Both the position numbers and the translations under genes were made by a program. This document shows, in pieces, positions 57,653 to 64,000 of a DNA stretch of 64,000 bases (position 1 is the stretch's first letter; each line of letters starts with the position of its first letter). The notes beneath the pieces were generated by a model. That model did no database searches and was not told the origin of the DNA. It worked only from the letters and a program-made list of their open reading frames with translations. Origin of the DNA: an uncultured Rhodobacteraceae bacterium. GTDB taxonomy: Bacteria; Pseudomonadota; Alphaproteobacteria; Rhodobacterales; Rhodobacteraceae. The stretch lies in NCBI GenBank assembly GCA_938002605.1, contig CALLAF010000025.1, forward strand, positions 56,638 to 120,637. The letters run 5' to 3'.

Positions 57653-59001
57653 GCGTTTGCGCGCACGACCTGCGCCCCAAGACCCGCCATGAGAGATTCG
57701 AAAATCGGGAAAGATGTCGCGATAGGGGACCCATCGTCGACGGACATCGGCTTTTGCGTCGCCATGCCCATCACCATGAAGGCCATCGCGATCCGGTGAT
57801 CCAATACACTGGCCACGGTTACACCGCCGGGCACATTGCCATGACCTAAACCCGTGACTTTCCACCAGTCGGGGCCTTCATCGACGGTGACCCCAGCGGC
57901 GCGTAGCCCTTTTGCCATTGCATCGATGCGATCGCTTTCTTTGACACGCAGTTCTTTGACGCCCTGCATATCGGTGACGCCATGCGCAAAGGACGCAACC
58001 ACCGAAAGCACGGGGTATTCGTCGATCATGCTGGCCGCGCGCGCGGGGGGCACGGCGATGCCTTTGAGATCGGGGGAATATTTCGCACGCAGGTCGGCAA
58101 CCGGTTCGCCGCCTTCTTCGCGCATGTTTTCATAAGTCAGATCCGCGCCCATCTCGATCAGCGTTGTGAATAGGCCGGCACGTGTCGGGTTCAACCCAAT
58201 ATTGGGGACCAACACGTCAGAGCCGGGCGTGATGATCGCGGCGCAGACTGGAAATGCGGCCGAAGACGGATCGCGCGGCACAACAATCGTTTGCCCCAAT
58301 AGTTCAGGTTGCCCATCCAAGGTGATCACACGGCCTTCGTCGGTTTCTTCAACCGTCAATGTCGCACCGAACCCCTGCAGCATACGTTCGGTATGGTCAC
58401 GTGTGGCTTCTTTTTCGATCACAACAGTTTGGCCCGGCGCGTTCAACCCAGCGAGCAGAACAGCCGATTTCACCTGCGCTGACGGGACAGGCACGGTGTA
58501 ACGCACGGGCACCGGATCAGCGGCACCCACAAGCGTCATTGGCAATCGCCCGCCTTGGCGCCCTACCGTTTGCGTCCCAAACAGCGCGAGCGGGTCAGTC
58601 ACCCGGCCCATTGGGCGTCCGTTTAACGACGCATCGCCCGTGAATGTCGCTGTGATCGGCGATGTCGCCATCGCGCCCATGATCAGGCGCACGCCTGTGC
58701 CTGAATTGCCGCAATCAATCACATTCTCGGGCTCTGCAAAGCCACCAACGCCAACGCCCTGCACCGACCATTCGCCGCCGCCGTGGTCAGTCACGGTCGC
58801 CCCAAAGGCGCGCATTGCCTTGGCCGTGTCCAGTACGTCTTCGCCTTCCAGAAGCCCCGTTACCCATGTCTCACCAACAGACAATGCCCCCAAAATCAAT
58901 GAACGGTGCGAGATCGATTTATCGCCCGGCACATTGGCCTCACCCTTGAGGGGGCCGCAAGGGCGGGATGTCATGGGAATGGGGGTGCCGTGGCCGGACA
59001 T
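57649..59001 (-). CDS. aroA: 3-phosphoshikimate 1-carboxyvinyltransferase (EPSP synthase)
   Basis: 450 aa. [17 protein letters not shown] and LRVKESDR motifs. Confidence 0.95.
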   Translation of the reverse strand: MSGHGTPIPMTSRPCGPLKGEANVPGDKSISHRSLILGALSVGETWVTGLLEGEDVLDTAKAMRAFGATVTDHGGGEWSVQGVGVGGFAEPENVIDCGNSGTGVRLIMGAMATSPITATFTGDASLNGRPMGRVTDPLALFGTQTVGRQGGRLPMTLVGAADPVPVRYTVPVPSAQVKSAVLLAGLNAPGQTVVIEKEATRDHTERMLQGFGATLTVEETDEGRVITLDGQPELLGQTIVVPRDPSSAAFPVCAAIITPGSDVLVPNIGLNPTRAGLFTTLIEMGADLTYENMREEGGEPVADLRAKYSPDLKGIAVPPARAASMIDEYPVLSVVASFAHGVTDMQGVKELRVKESDRIDAMAKGLRAAGVTVDEGPDWWKVTGLGHGNVPGGVTVASVLDHRIAMAFMVMGMATQKPMSVDDGSPIATSFPIFESLMAGLGAQVVRANA

Positions 59002-59059
59002 TGCGTATTCCTTTGTTCTTCAAGGGGCGGTTTACCGCAGGGCGGCAAGAGGGTCTATG

Positions 59060-59773
59060 TCATATCCGCCGGAAAGTCAGGTAATGGGGGGTACGGCCTT
59101 CGCGCAGGGCCTTTTGTTCGTAGCGCGTTGAAATCCAATCACCCCACGGATCACGCCAGTCTGCTGGGCCTTCGGCCAACCATGCGAACCCTTGCGGAGG
59201 CACCTCTTCAAGCGTTTGGCGTACATAGTCCTTGATATCAGTCGCAACACGCAATTCGGCACCCGGCTTCATCACGCGGTGCAGCGGGGCCAAGTGTTCC
59301 GGCGTCACAAAGCGGCGGCGGTGATGGCGTTTTTTGGGCCAAGGGTCTGGATAATTCAGGAAAACTTTGCTCAGGCTATTGTCAGGCAATACGTCAAACA
59401 GATCACGGACGTCACCGGGGTGGACACGCAGGTTATCGACATCCGCCTTGCGAATTTTGCCCAATAGCATAGCGACACCGTTAATAAATGGCTCGCAGCC
59501 AATCAGACCGATATCGGGGTAAGTTTCGGCCATATGGACCAGATGTTCACCGCCGCCAAAGCCGATCTCAAGCCAAATATCTTTGCCGGGAAAGACCGTG
59601 TTCAGATCAAGCGGGATCCGATCAGGATTTTCTTCCCAGCTGATTGGCCCCGGGGACAGGGGGATCAGATCGTTATCAAGGTAATCTTGCTGACTGTTCC
59701 GGATCGTCTTGCCCCGGAAACGGCCATAGAAATTGCGCCACGGAGCGCCCGAAGGGTGTCTATCGTTTTCCAT
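59060..59773 (-). CDS. trmB: tRNA (guanine46-N7)-methyltransferase
   Basis: LEIGFGGGEHL SAM motif and FLNYPDPWPKKRHHRRR. Start at ATG 59773. Confidence 0.9.
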   Translation of the reverse strand: MENDRHPSGAPWRNFYGRFRGKTIRNSQQDYLDNDLIPLSPGPISWEENPDRIPLDLNTVFPGKDIWLEIGFGGGEHLVHMAETYPDIGLIGCEPFINGVAMLLGKIRKADVDNLRVHPGDVRDLFDVLPDNSLSKVFLNYPDPWPKKRHHRRRFVTPEHLAPLHRVMKPGAELRVATDIKDYVRQTLEEVPPQGFAWLAEGPADWRDPWGDWISTRYEQKALREGRTPHYLTFRRI

Positions 59774-59813
59774 GACGCTGCCATAGCAAGCCGCCGCGCG
59801 CTGCGCAATTGCT

Positions 59814-60467
59814 TCAGTCGCGCAATACGCCTGCCTCTTCAAGCTGGCGGCGGGTTGGATACCACATATTTGACCGCTCGCGCTTTGTTTCGATCGCAAA
59901 CACCGGATCAACTCCGCGTGCGACCAAATAGGAAAGCTGATTATGCATCTCGGTCTGGACATCGCGGTAAAGCCATTGCCCAAAATCAAATGGATTGTCC
60001 CAGTTTTCGTCGCGATGCCAATATTTATAATATTCACGCAGCCCATCCGCGTTCCACGCGTTTTGATGAAATCCGATCGCACTGCCGCGGTCCATTTCGC
60101 GGCGTTCGCCTGCCAGAAAAAGGGTCACACAAGCGCTGCTGCATTCACCCGATACGCGCGTATCCAAACGATAATCCATCGCGATCCGCGCCATTTGTTC
60201 GCCCGCCCAAACAGAGCCGCCCGTGCTGGTCAGCCGCAGTAGCTTTGTGTTTGGGTTCTCAGCCAAGATGTCAGAAAACGTCGCGACGTCGGCGCTGTCC
60301 ATTTCGGCATACTGATCTGGCGGGACATTGTTTGTGTTGTAAATAAGCGTCGTGCCATCGACAAAGAACTTACCAATTGGCGCATCGCCACCCATCGGTA
60401 GTTTTTGGGCCATAACGGGGCCAGCTACCCCTAGACACACAACAACAAAAACGCGAAACAACTTCAT
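59814..60467 (-). CDS. secreted hypothetical protein (COG3904-like periplasmic protein)
   Basis: 217 aa. Signal peptide MKLFRVFVVVCLGVAGPVMA-Q. SD GGGAGAG. Family assignment is tentative. Confidence 0.55.
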   Translation of the reverse strand: MKLFRVFVVVCLGVAGPVMAQKLPMGGDAPIGKFFVDGTTLIYNTNNVPPDQYAEMDSADVATFSDILAENPNTKLLRLTSTGGSVWAGEQMARIAMDYRLDTRVSGECSSACVTLFLAGERREMDRGSAIGFHQNAWNADGLREYYKYWHRDENWDNPFDFGQWLYRDVQTEMHNQLSYLVARGVDPVFAIETKRERSNMWYPTRRQLEEAGVLRD

Positions 60468-60725
60468 AACACTCTCCCAAGACTTGCTTGGTTTGAACTT
60501 TATTCGCGCAAAATGCTCAACCCCTTAGTCTACAAAAAACGACCAAAGAGCCGCGCGAGGGTGTGTTTTTACGCAACAACGGCTAAACGGAAAAGCCGAC
60601 TATCGAGCAGCCATTCTCACCATAGTCAAATTTCCGAAAATTTGTCAGCGCAGTATGCGGCAAGCCAAAATACCGCAAACCACGCTATCGCGCCTACATT
60701 CGTATTTGCCTAGAAAGGAAATGAG

Positions 60726-60914
60726 ATGAATGAACATGACGACCGAATGAAAAAACCTAATCACGTCAGAAACTTGGCGGTGATTTTCACTGTAGGTTTT
60801 GTAATTTTTCTAGGATGGAACGCGCTTGGTGCGTTTCAATGCATGTCACGCGATGGCGACATTCAATTGTCGGGGGGCAGCCTTAGGTGTTTCCTTGACT
60901 ACAGCAACCGTTAA
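60726..60914 (+). CDS. hypothetical small membrane protein (62 aa)
   Basis: SD GAAAGGAAA lies before the ATG. One TM (LAVIFTVGFVIFLGWNALGAF). No homology judgement is possible. Confidence 0.3.
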   Translation: MNEHDDRMKKPNHVRNLAVIFTVGFVIFLGWNALGAFQCMSRDGDIQLSGGSLRCFLDYSNR

Positions 60915-60947
60915 GTTTTCTCTGCCAATTATGGTGTGAGCTCAGAG

Positions 60948-61000
60948 CAAACACGAAAGTGTCGCTGATTGCGCCCTTACGGGCGAAGGATCAGCAACAC
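60948..61000 (-). terminator. long hairpin terminator downstream of metK
   Basis: Reverse strand reads GUGUUGCUGAU-CCUU-CGCCC-GUAA-GGGCG-CA-AUCAGCGACAC followed by UUUCGUGUUUG. Confidence 0.55.
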
Positions 61001-61041
61001 TTCTTTGTTGCAATGGCACCTTTATCTCGCGCCACGTTGGC

Positions 61042-62223
61042 TTAGACAGCGCGCTTCAGCGCCTCGACCAAATCGGTGCGTTCCCAGCTAAACCCACCGT
61101 CCGCGTCTGGCGCCCGGCCAAAGTGACCGTAAGCCGCTGTGCGTTCAAAGATCGGTTTGTTCAGGCTCAGGTGCTGTCGGATTCCGCGCGGTGTCAGGTC
61201 CATGACCTGCGCGATGGCGCGCTCGATCTCTGCTGGTGACACTTCGCCTGTGCCATGGGTATCCGCATAGATCGACAGCGGCTTGGCGACACCAATCGCA
61301 TAAGAGAGTTGGATCGTGCAGCGATCCGCCATGCCGGAAGCGACCACGTTTTTCGCCAAATAGCGCGCGGCATAAGCGGCAGAGCGGTCGACCTTGGTCG
61401 GATCTTTCCCTGAAAATGCACCGCCGCCATGTGGGGCGGCGCCACCGTAGGTATCCACGATGATTTTGCGCCCGGTCAGCCCGGCGTCCCCATCGGGGCC
61501 GCCGATGACAAATTTACCTGTTGGGTTCACCCACCATTCAGTTTTCGGCGTGATAAAGCCAGCGGGCAGCACCTCGCGGATGTAAGGTTCTACGATTGCA
61601 CGGATATCATCGCTCGATTGATCTTCGTCGCGGTGCTGTGTGGACAGCACGATTGATGTGACCTCAACCGGTTTCCCGTCTTCGTAGCGCACAGAAACTT
61701 GGCTTTTGGCGTCGGGGCGCAAGGTCGGCTGCTCGCCCGATTTACGGACCTCAGCCAAGCGGCGCAGCATCGCATGGGCGTATTGGATAGGCGCAGGCAT
61801 CAACGCGTCAGTTTCGGTCGTCGCATAGCCAAACATGATGCCCTGATCACCAGCACCTTCGTCCTTGTCGACAGCAGCATCAACACCCTGCGCGATATGT
61901 GCAGATTGCTCGTGCAAAAGATTGGTAATCTCGCAGGTCGCGTGGTGAAATTTGTCCTGCTCATAGCCGATATCTTTGATGCATGCGCGCGCAATGTCTT
62001 CGACGCGGCCCATATAATCTTTCAATTTCGACTGATCGCTCAGCCCAACTTCGCCGCCGATCACGACACGGTTTGTCGTCGCAAATGTTTCGCAAGCAAC
62101 CCGCGCTTCGGGTTCCTCCGCCAAAAATGCGTCGAGAATTGCATCTGAAATGCGGTCGCACACCTTATCCGGGTGCCCCTCGGAAACAGATTCCGAAGTG
62201 AAGGTGTAGTTTTGTCGTGCCAT
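61042..62223 (-). CDS. metK: S-adenosylmethionine synthetase
   Basis: [18 protein letters not shown] and [16 protein letters not shown] motifs. Start at ATG 62223. Confidence 0.97.
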   Translation of the reverse strand: MARQNYTFTSESVSEGHPDKVCDRISDAILDAFLAEEPEARVACETFATTNRVVIGGEVGLSDQSKLKDYMGRVEDIARACIKDIGYEQDKFHHATCEITNLLHEQSAHIAQGVDAAVDKDEGAGDQGIMFGYATTETDALMPAPIQYAHAMLRRLAEVRKSGEQPTLRPDAKSQVSVRYEDGKPVEVTSIVLSTQHRDEDQSSDDIRAIVEPYIREVLPAGFITPKTEWWVNPTGKFVIGGPDGDAGLTGRKIIVDTYGGAAPHGGGAFSGKDPTKVDRSAAYAARYLAKNVVASGMADRCTIQLSYAIGVAKPLSIYADTHGTGEVSPAEIERAIAQVMDLTPRGIRQHLSLNKPIFERTAAYGHFGRAPDADGGFSWERTDLVEALKRAV

Positions 62224-62228
62224 GAGAA

Positions 62229-62277
62229 GTGCTCCATTAAATACATCCGCCACGTCAGGAAGCCGTTGTGGCGGAAC
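62229..62277 (-). promoter_or_regulatory. SAM/SAH-class riboswitch in the metK 5' leader
   Basis: CCGCCAC-AACGGCUUCCUGAC-GUGGCGG hairpin. The 3' tail AUGUAUUUAAUGGAGCAC has a GGAGC (the SD) that can pair with the loop GCUUCC. This closely resembles the published Rhodobacterales metK motif as I remember it. Confidence 0.75.
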
Positions 62278-62310
62278 TAGCATCGGGTCTATGCCCCACC
62301 TTGGATGAGG

Positions 62311-63795
62311 TCAATCGCAATCGCGCCTTTGCGTCAGATAACAACCCAACGTTAACAATATGAGTATTCCAAACAACAAGCCGTCACTAAAACGGCTGTA
62401 AAGGGTGGCCGCCCGGGCCGTTGGCAGTGCGGCATCAAGCATGCCCTCGTTGCTCAACGGCAGTGAGGCGATGATCCGCCCAAAAGGATCGATCATCGCG
62501 CTCACCCCTGTATTGGCGACCCGCACCATCGGCAGGCCTTGCTCAACGGCGCGCAACCGCGCTTGGGCAAGGTGCTGGTAGGGGCCAGCAGCCGCTCCGA
62601 ACCATGCATCATTTGTGATCAAAAGAAGCAAACGCGGACGCGCACCACCATCGCCGATTTCTTCGGCAAAAATGCCTTCATAGCAGATCAATGGGATCGC
62701 GTCGCCGATCCCCGGCAGGTTGATACGTGGCGGCGCGGTGCCCGCGGCAAACCCCGCCCCGTCGCTTGTCGCCAGCCCATGAATGCCGAACTGCCCAAGC
62801 AAATCACCGCCAGGGATATATTCCCCAAATGGCACAAGATGGCGTTTGTCATAGGTACTGCGCAGCGCCCCGCCCTGCCCCATCACAACAAGACTATTAT
62901 GATAGCGCAATTCTGCGTCACGCCGCTGGATACCGAACACCAAGGGCGCACCGCGCGCGGCCTCGGCCATCAACGCAAGATCCCCATGCACATAGTTTAG
63001 TAGATACGGCACCGCCGTTTCTGGCCAGACAATCAAATCAGGGCGCGCGCCCTGCCCGGTCATCGTAATCATGCGGTTTAAAAACACGTCACGATACGCA
63101 GGGTCCCATTTCTGGTCTTGTGGTGCATTGGGCTGTATTAGCCGCACTATGGGCGCATTTGCATCGGCAGGTTCGAGCGGCGGCGGCGCAGCCCAAACTG
63201 CCAAGCCAACCAAAGCCGACAATATAACCCCACCCGCGATCCGCGCCTGTCCAAACAGCGCATAAACCGCCCAAGCCGCGCCAAGCGTGAACAAGGTCAA
63301 TAAGTGCGGCCCCCCAATAGCAGCCAATCGCGCAAGCGGTGTCGGCACCCAAATATGCCCCAACAACGCCCAAGGAAATCCCGTAAACACATGCGCGCGT
63401 GCCAGCTCTGCCCAGACAAGCGAAAGCGCGATGCCGCCAACCGCACGCGGTGCAATTCGTGCACCTATATAGGCAAAACCGCCCCAAAAGAGTGCAGCCC
63501 CGGCGGCCATCAATGCGATTGCAAATGGGGCCATCCAGCCATGGCTGGCGACATCAACCAAAAACGGCTCAATTATCCACCGCAGGGACACAGCAAAATA
63601 GCCAAGCCCGAATGCCCAGACTTGAAACGCAGCGCTGCGCGGCTTTTGCTCCAGCACCAAAAACAGTGCGGCCAGCGCCAAGATGGTCAGAAGCCATAAA
63701 TCTTGTGGGGCTTGGCCTAGCCCGGCGATTGCGCCACCCAGCGCCAAAATGCAAAACTTTGCCCAGCGCGGCAGGCCCGCAAAGCCCAGGCGCAC
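62311..63795 (-). CDS. lnt: apolipoprotein N-acyltransferase
   Basis: Polytopic N-terminus plus a C-terminal nitrilase-like CN-hydrolase domain (VWPE, LICYE). Start uncertain: the GTG at 63795 lies 1 nt after the upstream stop, while the track start at 63882 would overlap corC by 86 nt. Confidence 0.88.
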   Translation of the reverse strand: MRLGFAGLPRWAKFCILALGGAIAGLGQAPQDLWLLTILALAALFLVLEQKPRSAAFQVWAFGLGYFAVSLRWIIEPFLVDVASHGWMAPFAIALMAAGAALFWGGFAYIGARIAPRAVGGIALSLVWAELARAHVFTGFPWALLGHIWVPTPLARLAAIGGPHLLTLFTLGAAWAVYALFGQARIAGGVILSALVGLAVWAAPPPLEPADANAPIVRLIQPNAPQDQKWDPAYRDVFLNRMITMTGQGARPDLIVWPETAVPYLLNYVHGDLALMAEAARGAPLVFGIQRRDAELRYHNSLVVMGQGGALRSTYDKRHLVPFGEYIPGGDLLGQFGIHGLATSDGAGFAAGTAPPRINLPGIGDAIPLICYEGIFAEEIGDGGARPRLLLLITNDAWFGAAAGPYQHLAQARLRAVEQGLPMVRVANTGVSAMIDPFGRIIASLPLSNEGMLDAALPTARAATLYSRFSDGLLFGILILLTLGCYLTQRRDCD

Positions 63796-63796
63796 G

Positions 63797-64000
63797 CTAG
63801 GCGTCCTGAGCGCTAGGCAGACGCACACGCAGGCGTTTGATCCGGCGTGGATCCGCATCGACGACTTCGAATTCAGGGCCATCCGGATGCACGATCACCT
63901 CGCCGCGCGCGGGCAAATGACCTGATAACATCGTCACAAGACCACCAAGCGTGTCGATTTCTTCTTCATCGATCTCGTCATGATCGGTTAGCTTCATGCC
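63797..64000 (-). CDS. corC: CBS-domain Mg/Co efflux-associated protein (CorC/TlyC family), C-terminal fragment at the window edge
   Basis: CorC_HlyC transporter-associated domain: DTLGGLVTMLSGHLPARGEVIVHPDGPEFEVVDADPRRIKRLRV. The corC-lnt order is conserved. Confidence 0.8.
   Translation of the reverse strand, partial: GMKLTDHDEIDEEEIDTLGGLVTMLSGHLPARGEVIVHPDGPEFEVVDADPRRIKRLRVRLPSAQDA

Noticed and set aside
57653-57865. Long N-terminal extensions in the supplied track. Examples are cmk 275 aa, trmB 340 aa, upp 250 aa, nusB 181 aa, ribBX 402 aa, dnaG 678 aa, and the 217-aa rib-operon ORF.
   Set aside because: The extensions overlap the upstream gene, start at non-ATG codons where I checked, and have Arg/Gly/Cys-rich junk composition. 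Internal ATGs give canonical N-termini and ATGA-type coupling.
59534-60346. 270-aa + strand ORF across trmB and the secreted protein gene.
   Set aside because: It is antisense to better-supported genes. The product is Arg/Pro/Ala-rich with no motif.
1-64000. Scan for CRISPR arrays, rRNA, IS elements, transposases, integrases, reverse transcriptases and known defence-system signatures.
   Set aside because: I found no spaced repeat array and no ORF carrying a recombinase, transposase, RT, or nuclease-NTPase defence signature. Apart from the two islets, the window is core-genome-like.

Overview
This window reads as a tightly packed chromosomal segment from an alphaproteobacterium, most likely Rhodobacterales (Roseobacter-type). 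Three signals support that: a SAM/SAH-class metK leader, a tRNA-His with no G-1 and with A73, and a GAAC-N7-GAAC SOS box. I support about 62 protein genes and one tRNA. I found no rRNA, CRISPR array, transposase or integrase.

Most content is housekeeping:
- Sigma factors and replication: rpoH, rpoD, dnaG.
- A riboflavin cluster, nrdR-ribD and ribE-orf-ribBX-ribH-nusB, split by an opposite-strand kpsS-kpsC capsule pair.
- hom and glpX.
- A MerR-led beta-oxidation operon: acyl-CoA dehydrogenase, GST, a YidD-like protein, thiolase and a FadB-type enzyme.
- A nucleoside catabolism operon: bicupin, cdd, deoA, deoB, add, upp.
- maeB, prpE, rpsA, cmk-aroA, trmB, metK, lnt and a partial corC.

Possibly accessory or unusual parts:
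- An AT-rich single-gene islet between an HlyU-like gene and rpoD.
- A 2.7 kb insertion between cmk and rpsA, carrying an orphan protein and an output-less tandem PilJ/NarX-type periplasmic sensor.
- An orphan TadG(vWA)-TadE-TadE trio.
- An uncharacterised ORF and a nested triple palindrome inside the rib operon.
- A Cys-rich YidD-like protein inside the fatty-acid operon.

I did not find a clear multi-gene novel system. The findings are individually modest and are scored that way.

The first residue in the supplied ORF track is often a TTG or GTG codon far upstream of the likely start. I checked this at several loci and re-set many starts to internal ATGs using Shine-Dalgarno context and neighbouring stop codons. 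No searches were run, so all family names come from motif recognition and memory.
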